Of a stretch of 64,000 nt of DNA, positions 12,197 through 24,364 are shown piece after piece. Positions within the stretch are counted from its first letter, which is position 1. Every line of letters begins with the position of its first letter. Position numbers and translations under genes: made by a program. Under the pieces are notes generated by a model. It did not search any database. It worked only from the letters and a program-made list of their open reading frames with translations, and had not been told where the DNA came from. Source of the stretch: Eledone cirrhosa (Eukaryota); NCBI GenBank assembly GCA_964016885.1, contig OZ024742.1, positions 130,076,001-130,140,000 of the forward strand. Direction: 5' to 3'.

Positions 12197-12978
12197 GGAA
12201 CAGCAATGTTACATGGCAGTGAGACCATTGTGTGCAGAGGATATACGCAGACTGGAGAGGAACGAAGCTTACATGCTCCGCTGGATGTGTAATAGTAATA
12301 TACATGAACGGCAAAGCATAAACGAACTAAGGGAGAAATTAGGAATAAGAGAGATCAGATGTTGTTTACTCGAGAGAAGACTATGTTGGTACGGTCACGT
12401 GATGCGCATGAAAGACGACAGCTGTATAAAAAAGTGCAGGGCGATAAAAATAGACGGTAGCCACGGAGTAGGCAGACCCAGAAAAACCTGGGAGGACTTG
12501 ATAAATTCCGACCTCACACACTTACACCTCTCCAAGACAATGTCACTGGACCGAGATCTTTGGCGCTACACAGTCATACAGAAGACCCGCCTTGCCTAAG
12601 TACAAAGCGAAACCTACAATCAGTAGGCACCTCTAACAAAATACACCCCCGTCCCACTACCCCCACCCCATCCACACCACCCCCTTAAATGTGAAGTTAT
12701 GTTGGTACAACAGCATCCAGTCCGAAACAAATGAGGTCGTGTAGGTGTCACGACAAAAAAAACACAGTCCATGCTGTAATGTGGCCGTGTAGGTAACACA
12801 GTAAAAACCTCCCAGTCCACACTGTAAACGTGGTTGGTGTTAGGAAGGGCATCCAGCTGTAGAAAACCCGCCAGATAGTCCTATACGAGCAGGACAACAA
12901 ATCTTGCCTCAAGTGGGAAAACTCGTGTCCAAACCCATGCAAGCGTGGAAGATGGACGTTAAACGATGATGATGATGA
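12197..12978 (+). mobile_element. RTE-clade LINE 3' fragment with 3' UTR and (ATG)n tail
   Basis: ORF 12195-12599 has [11 protein letters not shown] and GRPRKTW. Near-identical to 36630-37875 and 27823-28420. Confidence 0.92.
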
Positions 12979-12989
12979 TATACATATAC

Positions 12990-14420
12990 ATCATCATCAT
13001 CATCATCATTTTACGTCCGCTTTTCCCTGCTTGCAAGGGTTGGACGGGTCCTATTCAGCACAGCATCTCTCCACTTGTCACGGTCCTTCATCATCTCCTC
13101 CGTGAGTTTCAGCGATCTGAGGTCTGCTCTCACCACCTCCGCCCATGTTTTTCGTGGTCTTCCTCTACTGCGTCTTCCTTCTACTGGGATTTCTTGGCAC
13201 TTCTTTACCCAGCGGTCATGCTCCATGTGCATCACATGTCCATACCATCTCAGCCTTCTCTCCTGCACACCACAACTTATCCATCTTATACCCAGTTTCT
13301 TTCTCAACTCGTCTATGCTTGGTCGTTCACGCACATTGACATTGCACATCCAACGGAGCATACTTGCTTCATTTCTCTCCAGCCGTCACATATCCTCTGC
13401 AGTTGCTGCCCATGTCTCACTACCATGCAGCCTCGTGCATCTCACACAGGCATCATATAACCATCCTTTCGTACACAGGGAGAAACCCTTCTTTGTCAAC
13501 AGAGGAAGCTTCTTCCAACCCGTCATTCTAGATACTATGGCCTCGGAACACCCCCCCCCCTCCCATGCTAATCTGATCACCTAGGTACCGGAAGCTATCA
13601 ACCACTTCTATAGAACCCACCTGCATTGGAAAAATGTGTCTATCGCTGCGATTACTACTGCCAACTTTCCCTATACATTTACTGCATACATAGTTTTCCC
13701 TACCTGTTAGTTTGCTTGCTATCCCACTACATCTATTGTGTACCCAAGATCTGCATTGCGTACATTTTATGGAATTTATGCCAGTTCCTTTTCTACATAT
13801 CGAACATGGCCATTTCCCTGACGGAATCAGAGTTTTGTCCTCTTTTCTACTCATCAACACTTTTGTCTTAGCTAGGTTCACTCTCAGTCCTCTTGCTTCC
13901 AACTGCTATTTCCATAGCCAGAATTTATTCTCTAGCTCCTCTACTGATTCTGCTATAAGAACCAGATCGTCAGCATTGAGAAGTTCCCATGGACATCCAG
14001 TCTTAAACTCCTGTTATGGCTTGGAGGCCTATAATGAACAAGAGCGGGCTGAGGACCGAACCCTAATGTACACCTACTTGTACATGGAATTCCTCACTAA
14101 ACTCCATACCTACTCTCACTTTACTGACAGCACCCCTGTACATAGCTTGCACTGTCCTCACAAGCCATTCCTCTACACCTAGTTTCCTTAGGGACCACCA
14201 GATGACAGATCGGGGTACCCTATCAAAGGCCTTCTCTAGGTCAACAAAAGCTAAGTATAGTGGCTTATTCTTCTCTAAGAACCTCTTGTAGTTGTATCAC
14301 TAAGAAGAGGGCATCTGTTGTACTTTTCCGAGGCACAAAACCGAACTGCATCTCATCTAATTTGACCCTTTCTCTAATCAGCTGCACTAATATTATCTCT
14401 GCCACTTTCATAACCTGATC
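12990..14420 (-). mobile_element. RTE-clade LINE, 5'-truncated and frameshifted (RT, Cys-rich insert, C-terminus)
   Basis: Minus-strand motifs GIKLMDQVMK, QFGFVPRKSTTDA, FVDLEKAFDRVP, PWELLNADD, WPCSICRKG..C..C..WVH.RCSGI and RRLRWYGHV; ends in GGACGTAAAA(TGA)n. Confidence 0.93.
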
Positions 14421-14437
14421 CATCAGCTTTATGCCCC

Positions 14438-14507
<70 letters not shown>

Positions 14508-14685
14508 TAATTTTTTAATTTGTTTTGAGAGATTTCTTATCTGAAAACGTGTGTTGAAACAGATATTGTTATACTTTGGGAGGGTCATACTGCCAATAAA
14601 AACACACGCACCTGTTGGTTTTCACTTCAATTTATTACAAGTTTCCAGTTGGTTGGTTCGATAACCGGAAGGTTGCTTATATATT

Positions 14686-14728
14686 GTCAAAGCTCTTTCG
14701 TCACACATTCCGTGACCTCCTCGGTGAC
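14686..14728 (-). ncRNA. Minimal type-I hammerhead motif (family B) with one core substitution
   Basis: Minus: GTCA-CCGAGGA-G-GTCAC..GTGAC-GAAA-GAGC-TT^TGAC, inside a ~250-bp repeat (14520-14770) also present at 26910-27200. Confidence 0.55.
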
Positions 14729-15226
14729 TAGGTTTTTATTTTGTGTCTCTCCTTTTGTGTCCTACACCATCTTGATGATGATTGTGGTGGTGGTGGTGGT
14801 GGTGGTGGTGGTGGTGATGATGATGATGATGATGATGATGAAAAGAAGTGAGAGTTGCCAGACAAGTTTTTTTCAATATATGTTCCAAGCAGATTAGCAA
14901 CATGAAGCAAATGAAATATTTGCTATCAAAAATTAGAACCAGTTCTTGAATACTTCTCACCAAGAGATTACTCTGTCATACAATGTATTGATAAAGCAAA
15001 TAGCATTATCAGAATTTACTAACAAAAGAAAAAAACTGTGAAATCATCATCATCACCATTACCATCATCCATCTGTTTTCCCCACTGGCATGGGTTGGAT
15101 AGATTGTCAAATTCTGAAATTAGATAGATCAGATGACTATCTTACCCATACATTCCATTCTGGCATGATTTCTATGGCTGGATACCATTCCTAAAGCCAA
15201 CCACTTTACAGAATGTATTAGGTGCA

Positions 15227-15737
15227 TTTTATCATGACACATTGCACCATCACATTACAACATTGACTGGGTCTATTTTATCATGACACATTGCACCATC
15301 ACATTACAACATTGACTGGGTCTATTTTATCATGACACATTGCACCATCACATTACAACATTGACTGGGTCTATTTTATCATGACACATTGCACCATCAC
15401 ATTACAACATTGACTGGGTCTATTTTATCATGACACATTGCACCATCACATTACAACATTGACTGGGTCTATTTTATCATGACACATTGCAACATCACAT
15501 TACAACATTGACTGGGTCTATTTTATCATGACACATTGCACCATCACATTACAACATTGACTGGGTCTATTTTATCATGACACATTGCACCATCACATTA
15601 CAACATTGACTGGGTCTATTTTATCATGACACATTGCAACATCACATTACAACATTGACTGGGTCTATTTTATCATGACACATTGCACCATCACATTACA
15701 ACATTGACTGGGTCTATTTTATCATGACACATTGCAC
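15227..15737. repeat. 49-bp tandem minisatellite, ~10.4 near-identical copies
   Basis: Unit TTTTATCATGACACATTGCACCATCACATTACAACATTGACTGGGTCTA; begins inside a decayed SINE. Confidence 0.97.
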
Positions 15738-15829
15738 TAATACATTATGGCAGGGTTAAACAAGATTTTCAGTGCATCGTTGATCTGAAGGTTAATCCTT
15801 TCCAGGAGTTACTTCTGGTGGCACATTAA

Positions 15830-16467
15830 CCCTTTTGATACCAAAATACCAGAAAATACTCCTGAGGAAACTTTATATTAAAATGTTTTTATTTATCTAA
15901 AAACTTTCTACAATAATTTTATACAAGAACCCTTTTTATATTCCAAACAGTAACATAATAATTGTTTCTACTTTTGGCACAAGGCCAGCAATTACCCAGT
16001 GCATTACTGGTACTTTATTTTATCAACCCCGTAAGGATGAAAGGTAAAGTTAACCTCGGCGGGATTTGAACTCAGAATGACAAGGGCCATAACTCTATGC
16101 GTCAAAGCAAGGCGTCTGACCCTCTACCGATACTGCCAATCCACCGCCCTAAACAGTAACATAATAATGGTTTCTGATATAGGCACAAGGCCAAGTGTTT
16201 TGGGGGAAGGGTAAGTCATTAAATCAACCCCAGTGCCTTACTGGTACTTTATTTTATCAACCCTGTAAGGATGAATGGTAAAACTAACCTCAGCAGGAAT
16301 TGAACTCAGAACGTAAAGGACCATAACTCTATGCTGCAAAACATGGTGCCTGACGCTCTACTGAGAGTCAGTTATATTACTAGATGCCTCCAAATTCTTG
16401 ATTATGTTCAATATGATTTGAAAATTATAGGCAGTATCTCTCATTAGAAATATGGTGACAAAAGTGG
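15830..16467. mobile_element. TTAA-flanked MITE (family M2, piggyBac-like) carrying two nested SINEs
   Basis: TTAA|CCCTTTTGATACCA...TGGTGACAAAAGTGG|TTAA. Related copies at 17201-17646 (reverse), ~31610-31980 and 35094-35474. Confidence 0.65.
15963..16150 (-). mobile_element. tRNA-headed SINE (family S1, Meta-SINE-like core) with 18-bp TSD
   Basis: TSD AAACAGTAACATAATAAT at 15945-15962 and 16151-16168; core ACTTTACCTTTCATCCTTACGGGGTTGATAAAATAAAGTACCAG on the minus strand. Confidence 0.9.
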
Positions 16468-18039
16468 TTAAAGAGGTTCTTTAAAAATGGTTAAAGAGGT
16501 AATTTCTGCCTAATGATCATGGAAGTCTTCTCTACTTTATATCAATACTTTAATTCAGAGTTAGTTACTGTTCTGCTAAACAGGCAGCTTTCACTAGATG
16601 ACCGCAAAACACTCTTTCAAAATTCCTCCTTTAACAGTTTTCATTACATCTCTTTATTGAGTCCAATGACACATTTTGGTCATTTATCACTTCATTACAA
16701 GTGAAGAATCAATCAATGAAGGCAGAATACTGATAATGGCTGTATAATTAATCTTTTGAAACCATGCTAAAGAACCGTCATGCAAGCAAACATCAGCCAA
16801 CAGAATTACACAGCTGTAATGGGACGCCTTTAATCAAAATGATAATTTGATCTCCCTGCATGTTGTGAATATTATGTAATCACAAGAGTATAACACAAAA
16901 TGTTATATGACAGCTACAGCCAGTTGCTTACAGTATTGCTGTAATGTAGTTGCCGCTAAGTAGGATATCCAACCACAAAAACCAAGTCGGAATCATATCT
17001 GTATGAGCAAGATATGGTCACCTGGCTTGACTTGTCACATAATATGACAACCCATCAAACCCATGGAAAATAGACATTAACTGACGGTGATGATGATGAT
17101 GATGATGATGGTGATTGCATATGTCATGAGAGTTGAAGCCCAGAGAACACTGATATACAGCATATGAACTTTGAGAGCCATTGGTGATGTCATGAATTAA
17201 CTCTTTCATTACCATATTTCTAATGAAAGACACTCCCTATGATTTTCAATAAATTTTTTTAACTAATCAAGAATTTAAAGGGATTTTGTAAAATAAATAA
17301 CATTCTAGTCATTAAGCTGGTGTAGGGCAGCAGATTGGTAGAATCATTTACATTCTGAGTTCAAATCCTGCTGAGGTGCACTTTGCCTTTCATTCTTCTG
17401 AGGTCGATAAATAAAGTACCAGTCATGTACTGGAGTCTATGTAACCAACTTTCCTTCAACCCATAAATTGTTGGTCTTGTGCTTCAATTAGAAATCATTA
17501 TTAAGCCGGTGTTTGGAACATAAATCAACAAAGTTTCTGACATAAAATTATGATGGAAGGTTTTTAAATAAATATAAACAGTTTGAAACAAACAGTTTTG
17601 TATCATAAAACCAATGGTGGTTTCAGAAGGTTTGGTATCAAAAGGGTTAATAGGCAAGTAATCAACTAGACAAAGAGTTAAAGGTTTATACACTATTATT
17701 CATGCTGAAAGATGTTGTTGTTGTTTTTTTTTTTGGGGGGGGGGGGGGTTACATCATATATTTTGTGAACAATGGTGTTGTTGGTTAAATGTTTACAACA
17801 ATGAAATCACAAGGTCATGGTGAGAGTAACAAGAAAGTGTCTGTACAACTTTTCTCATATCCTTTGGTTTTATGGGCTTTTTCACTGATGCATATATTTT
17901 TTGCTGATATTCATTGCCAAAAGAGACATACATACATACATACTATCTCCCCATGAGGCATGAAGTGGTAGCCAAAACATGCATGCATACATACATAATG
18001 CTTAAATGAAATTAAAAAATTAACCAGTATACGGAGAAG

Positions 18040-18720
18040 GTTGTACATGGGTAGTTGAGATGAAAAACACAAAGCATAGAGGAGATAAATCATACTAAAA
18101 GCCTGACAGGGAGTCCTGACAAGTTCATAACATCCCGCCTTCAAGGATACCTCCAAGCATTTCAGCAACAAAAAATTCCTATCAAATAACTACTGCACAA
18201 AAGAAGAAGGTCATCAGTTGACAATAAATGTAGATTGTGCAAATAAAAGATGGAAGATGTTAGCCTCGTTATTGCCAACTGTGAAAGATGTTAGTCACAT
18301 TATTGCCAACTGTGAAAGATGTTAGACACATTATTGCCAACTGTGAAAGATGTTAGACACATTATTGCCAACTGTCAAAGAATGTCATCTTGTTACTACT
18401 TCACCATGAGGCAAGATGTGATAGCCAGAACAATCTGGAATACATTACAGATGAAAATCAAATCAAATAGGGAGAAATATGTTGAGATCAATGGCTCAAA
18501 GTAATACTAGTGAAACCTAAAAATTAAAAAAACTGCCACTAAATTAAAACACAACCGGCCTGATATTGTTGTTTAGGGTCATATATTAAAAACATGCTCT
18601 GTTGTAGAAGTCAGCTGCCTATTTGATGTTAATGTGGTAAGAAAAATGTAACAGAAGGCGTATACCTAGAAACCATTGATGAGAAGTTTGCAGATCCAGT
18701 ACCCAAGATGTATGTTCCTC
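18040..18720 (+). mobile_element. Highly decayed R4/Dong-like (restriction-like endonuclease) LINE 3' fragment with internal 31-bp tandem repeat
   Basis: Remnants of KCRLC..EDVSHIIANC, MRQDVIA, HNRPDIVV and VVEVSC parallel 48480-49686; 31-bp unit x3.5 at 18271-18376. Confidence 0.7.
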
Positions 18721-19669
18721 TTCGGCAGTATCGGTAGAGTGTCAGACACCATGCTTTCCAGCAAAGAGTTATGACCCTTTCTGGTCTGAGTTCAAATCCC
18801 GCCGAGGTTAATTTTGCCTTTCATCCTTACGGGGTCGATGAAATAAAGTACCAGTAACGCACTGGGATAATTCCTGGCCTTGTGCCAAAAGTAGAAACAA
18901 TTATTCACATCATCATCATTATCATCATTTAACCTCCATTTTCCACGCTTCTGTGGATTAGATGACTTGTCACATTATGAAACAAGACAGGTCCAGAGAC
19001 AATGTCATCCTCATATGGACTTGTTTTCTACAGCTGGATGTCCTTCCGAATGCCAACCATGTTACAGTGTGATGTATATGGATGATAATAATCATTGGAT
19101 GAAGAAGTGTCAGGAATTCCCAGGAAGCTGCAGTAGAGGCTAAGGAAACATTTCTAGGTAGAAGTGGAGAGGTTAATCCTCAAAACACAGAGAAGATGAC
19201 AACAGAATGCAACAAGTGGAGAGAAGATATGCTGGAAAAAAGAAACCTGTTCAACCTAAGCAAGCATATAAAACAAACGTAAAAGAATGATGATGATGAT
19301 GATGGTAGTGGTGGTGGTGGTGGTGGTGTTGGGGGATGATGATAATGGTGGTGGTGTTGATGATGATGATTATGATGAGTTGGTGGTGATGATGGATGAT
19401 GGTGATGATGGTGATGATGATTATGAAACAACAAATTCAACCCAAACCTAACAATTCAAATACTTTTATATTTCAGTTTTGTTTTATGACTAAGAAAAAA
19501 AAGGTTTCCTTTATTATTGAGATATTTCTTTTTTTAATACTTTCATTATTGCATACTTCGATTTGCTAATAAATTCAATTACTCACTTTTTATGTCTTCA
19601 CAGTTGACAGAAGAGATTTCAAATAGATGCTGTAAACAGATTTGCAACTCATAGAACACCAGTTCTGAC

Positions 19670-19672
<3 letters not shown>

Positions 19673-19730
<58 letters not shown>

Positions 19731-19734
19731 TTGT

Positions 19735-19768
<34 letters not shown>

Positions 19769-19913
19769 ATTTGTGTGTTTGTGTTTGTGTGTGTGTGTTT
19801 GTGTGTGTTTGTTTGTGTCTGTGTGTGTGTGTGTTTGTGTGTGTGTGTTTGTGTGTGTTTGTGTGTGTTTGTGTGTGTGTTTGTGTGTTTGTGTTTGTGT
19901 GTGTGTTTGTGTT

Positions 19914-19964
<51 letters not shown>

Positions 19965-20042
19965 GTTTGTGTGTTTGTGTGTGTGTTTGTGTTTGTGTGT
20001 GTGTGTGTTTGTGTGTGTTTGTGTGTGTGTGTGTGTGTTTGT

Positions 20043-20074
<32 letters not shown>
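19673..20074. repeat. (TG)n/(TGTT) microsatellite
   Basis: Direct inspection. Confidence 0.97.
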
Positions 20075-20594
20075 GCAGGGAAAAAGAGAGAGAAAAAGGG
20101 ACAGAGATAAAGAGATTTATATCGATATAGAATCATGTGTAGAGGGGAAAGATATTAAAATTTTATAGGGACTCATAAATGAAAGAAATTGAGGGAAAGC
20201 AATATAAAAGTAAAAATGAAATATTATGCCTAAATTTAATTTAATATTTTTACGACTGTTTTGCAGTGTTGCTAGCTGGTCTTTGGTTTGGACAGAGCTA
20301 TGTAAATACATGACAGATTTTAAAAAATGTTAATGTTTTTATATAAAAGAAAATAGGTTATAAAAATGGAGTTTTAGCAGTAATTGGGAATATGTGTATA
20401 CAAGATATAATACTAAGACTGATGATGATGATAAGGAGGATGTTGTAGATGAACATGATGATGACTTTCAATGTCATCAATTAAAAAATAGTTAATATTT
20501 AAATGTGCAAAATACAATTTTATAATGAAACACTGCAAAAAGAACTTTAGCCATTGTTATAGTAAAATATAATTCTTCCAGATATTATTATAAT

Positions 20595-21460
20595 GCACCA
20601 GTAACGTACTGGGGTCGATTTAATCGACGCCCTCCCCCCCCCGCAAAAAAAACACTGGCCTTGTGCCTATACTAGATTGGCAGTATCGGAAGTGAGTCGG
20701 ACACCATGCTTTGCAGCATAGAGTTACGGTCCTTTACGGTCTGAGTTCAAATCTCGCCGAGGTTAACTTTGCCTTTCATCCTTACAGGGTCGATAAAATA
20801 AAGTACCAGTCATGCACTGGGGTTGATTTAATCGACTATTCCCTCCCCAAAAATTGCTGGCCTTGTGCCTATATAAGAAACCATTATTAGGGCGGTGGAT
20901 TGGCAATATCGGTGGAGGGTCGGACGCTACGCTTTGCAGCAATGAGTTAGGGTCCTTTACAATCTGAATTCAAATCCCATCGAGGTTAACTTTGCCTTTC
21001 ATCCTTACGGGGTCGATAAAATAAAGTACCAGTAACGCACTGGGGTAATTGCTGACCTTGTGCCAAAAGTAGAAACAATTACTTTTGTTATTATTATTGG
21101 CAGTATCAGTAGAGTGTCGGACAACATGCTTTGCAGCATAAAGTTATGGCCCTTTGCGTTCCAAGTTCAAATTTCTGCTGAGGTCGCTTTGCCTTTCATC
21201 GTTACGGGGGTCAATAAAATAAAGTACCTGTGATGCACTAGGGTCAATTTAATCAACTTTCTCCTCCCCTAAATATTGCTGGCCTTATGCCTATACTAGA
21301 AATCATTATTAGTAGTAGTAGCAAAGAGTTACGGCCTTTATGGTCTGAGTTCAAATCCTGCCGAGGTTAACATTGCCTTTCATCCTTACAGGGTCAATAA
21401 AATAAAGTACCAGTAATACACTGGGATAATTGCTGGCCTTATGCCAAAGTAGAAACAATT
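20595..21460 (+). mobile_element. Head-to-tail cluster of ~5 S1 SINEs
   Basis: Repeated TTGGCAGTATCGGTAGAG / GAGTTCAAATC / GCCTTTCATCCTTACGGGGTCGATAAAATAAAGTACCAG units separated by (TAT)n tails. Similar clusters at 22415-22965 and 33035-33640. Confidence 0.9.
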
Positions 21461-21996
21461 ATTAGCAGCAGTAGTAGTAGTAGTAGTAGTAGTGTGGAAG
21501 GTGGTGGATTGGCAGTATTGGTAAAGCATCAGATAAAATGCTATTGTGGTATTTGTTTTGTCTCTTTGGAGGAGGAGGAGGAGGAGGAGGAGGAGGAGGA
21601 GAGGGGGTGGGGGAAGGAGGAGGAGGATATGATGATGAAACATAACAAATTCAACCAAAACCTAACAATTCAAATACTTGGGTTCTTATATTGTTGAAGA
21701 ATGAGAGAAATGAGTGGTCTTTGATGATCCTCGGTAAATATAAGTGTATGGTGGGTTACCAGAAATGTGAGGTACTCAACTAGTAGGTTCTACCCCATGT
21801 GTGGGTGGGTAACTCTAAATGTTTTTCATATTTTATATTATGCCTGGAGTTAATTATTATGTATTTTATAATAATTGTTTCTACTTTTGGCACAAGGCCA
21901 GCAATTATCCCAGTGTATTACTGGTACTTTGTTCTAGGATGAAAGGCAAAGTTAACCTGGGCGGGATTTTATAATAATAACAAACAAATAGTTTAT

Positions 21997-22246
21997 CGTT
22001 CTACATGGCTGACTACAATAAATGCAATCTGAGTTTTTCAAATATTAATAATAATATTCGATTCGTTTGCAATTATACAAACAGCCTCTTTAAAGCCATG
22101 TCAGTAGAATGACACCACAAAAGCAAGAATGGCAGGGTCATTCTACTGACATGGCTTTAAAGAGGCTGTTTGCTTTAAAGAAACTGTTTGCAAATGAATT
22201 GAATATTCTTATTAATATTCAAAAAACTCAGATTACATTTATTGTA
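21997..22246. repeat. Fold-back remnant of hammerhead family G element
   Basis: ~22014-22113 is inverted at 22137-22246; the sequence matches 58296-58390 and 58775-58896. Confidence 0.85.
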
Positions 22247-23628
22247 TAATATTTTTGTACTTATCTCATGTTTGCCCTTACTCTCATTTTATATAATTTA
22301 GCTTGTCCAGCAACATATGTCTTATGGCCCCTGTGTTTATAATATTTACTGTATTCTATGTGCAAGCACTTGAGGCTAACTGTTATTGTTATTAGTATTA
22401 TTAATACTAATAACAAGGGCAGTGGATTGGTAATATTGGTAGAGCATTGGACATGCTTTGTGGCATAGAGTTACATCTCTTTACGTTCTGCCGAGTTTAG
22501 GTTTGCCTTTCATCCTTACAGGGTCGATAAAATAAAGTACCAGTAATGCACTGGAGTCGATCTAATTGACTTTCCCCTCCCCCAAATAGCTTGCCATGTG
22601 CCTAAAGTAGAAACAATTATCATTATTATTATTATTTGTACAAATCCCGCAGAGGCTAATTTTGCCTTTCATCCTTAGGGCGTCGATAAAATAAAGTACC
22701 AGTAATACACTGAGATAATTACTGGTCTTGTGCCAAAAGCAGAAACAATTATTATTTGTTCTAGGGCAGTGGTTTGGCAGTATCGGTAGAGTATCAGACA
22801 CCATGCTTTGCTGTATAGAGTTACAGCTGTTTATATTCTGTTGACGATAGCTTTGCCTTTCATCTTTATGGGGTCAATAAAATAAAGTACCAGTAATACA
22901 CTGGGGTCAATTTAATCAACATGCTCCTCCCCTTCAAATTGTGTCAAAAATAGAAACAATTGTTATTATTTGTTCTGTGCACTCAAGTCACGTTTTGTTC
23001 TGCTTTGTAAAATGAAGAAAAAACTGCTATTGAGAGTTTAGCCCTTCAGAGATTTGTTCTTGTCAAATTTTGAATTTCCTGTTGTTACAGAACTGACAAC
23101 AACTGCAAGGAACTTGTCAGTTCTATTGTTCTCATGACATTGGAGCTTATATGTTTAGAAAATAAATTTCATCAGATAAAACACGAAGAAAACAATTCCC
23201 TTGTGATAAGGAAAAGTTTTAAAAGAGAACAATCAAAAAACTTTTAGTAGGGTTTTTCAAGTAATCGTCCCTCCCAAAAAGCCACGATTACCAGTACTTT
23301 TTAAAGACCAAGGCAAATGACTTCTCTCACTTTCTTTATTGCTGACTAACATGGTCATACTCAAATTATAAATATATATGACATGGAAGTAAGGTTCTCA
23401 ACAACCCCAGCTCATCTGTAAGAAAAGGATTTCTGGAGCACACAAACTAGTGACGCTCTTTAACAACACTGAGGGACACACATAACCATTGAGCAAAATA
23501 AATTCATGCTTAGGGTGTCAAGGAGAGAGGAGGCACTATTTTATTCAAATTAAATGTATTTGTCATTTCAAAAAAACATTTTTTACAGATGACTTTATAT
23601 ATAGGAAGGGGACATCATAATTTTTTAA

Positions 23629-23849
23629 CCCTTTAGCATTTAAACTGGCCGTATCTGGCCAGAATTCTCTCACCTCTTTCTGTTCAAACTGGTTGTAACT
23701 GGTCACTCATACTGATGTTAAGGTATTGTTCTCAAAATAAATAATATCAAAATCTCATAGATTCAATATTATGTGAGATAATTATGTAAGGTAAAGTCTT
23801 TACCATGAAAATACAATTGTAAATATAGAGTAATGTAAATGCTAAAAGG
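23629..23849. mobile_element. piggyBac-like MITE (family M1, ~220 bp)
   Basis: TTAA on both sides; TIR CCCTTTAGCATTTA / TAAATGCTAAAAGG. Other copies at 31698-31921, 35649-35849 and 40607-40827. Confidence 0.85.
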
Positions 23850-24204
23850 TTAAGTGCTTAGAGCCTCAAAAGGAATTATCCAGCTCTAGGTACATCTCTC
23901 ATGAATAACATTGGCTGGCAAGATGGTTATGTTGTTTGAGAAAGGCTTGGATCTCAATGTATGGATGACCTTCCTCGACTCAAAGATTAAGTCAGTAAGT
24001 ACTGGATATCAGAGACAGACAAGTGGCAGCAGAACAGTGAATAAAGAACCTGAAACCACGAAGTTGCAAAGTGAACGATTTAACCACATAGTAAAATACT
24101 GTTATCACATGATCCACATGACAGGTGCAATGTGTCTGAACACGGAAGAGCCAAACACCTACTGCCATCGCCTCCATCTCTCTCACCCTCCCCATCTCTC
24201 TGTA

Positions 24205-24364
24205 TTGTGAGCAAATGGGGTCTCCCGTGCTGGCTGCCCCACAGCCCCGGCAGGCAGAATGGAGAAGGTGTTTCCCCGGAGGATAGTAAGGGAGATGCGC
24301 TGGAAGAGCCATTCCATCTCGCGAGTCTCACACCTGCGGCTGGCCAGCTCAGCGCCTATGGTGG
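24205..24364 (-). mobile_element. CRE-clade LINE 3'-terminal fragment
   Basis: GC-rich island; reverse complement closely matches 52130-52260 (WLFQRISLTIL.GN). Confidence 0.8.

Noticed and set aside
15227-15737. CRISPR-like array
   Set aside because: Units are contiguous and identical with no unique spacers, there are no cas genes, and the context is eukaryotic.
19588-19630. Possible 43-bp minus-strand exon (tttacAG..HLFEISSVNCEDIK..GTgagt)
   Set aside because: Splice signals are plausible, but there is no recognisable homology and no phase-compatible linking exon was found; needs RNA-seq.
20253-20299. Possible short minus-strand exon (SVQTKDQLATLQNS)
   Set aside because: Weak donor (GTaaaa) and no recognisable homology.
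23140-23185. Minus-strand TTTTAT-CTGATGA hammerhead-like start
   Set aside because: No GAAA, stem II or stem I partner; likely chance or fully decayed.
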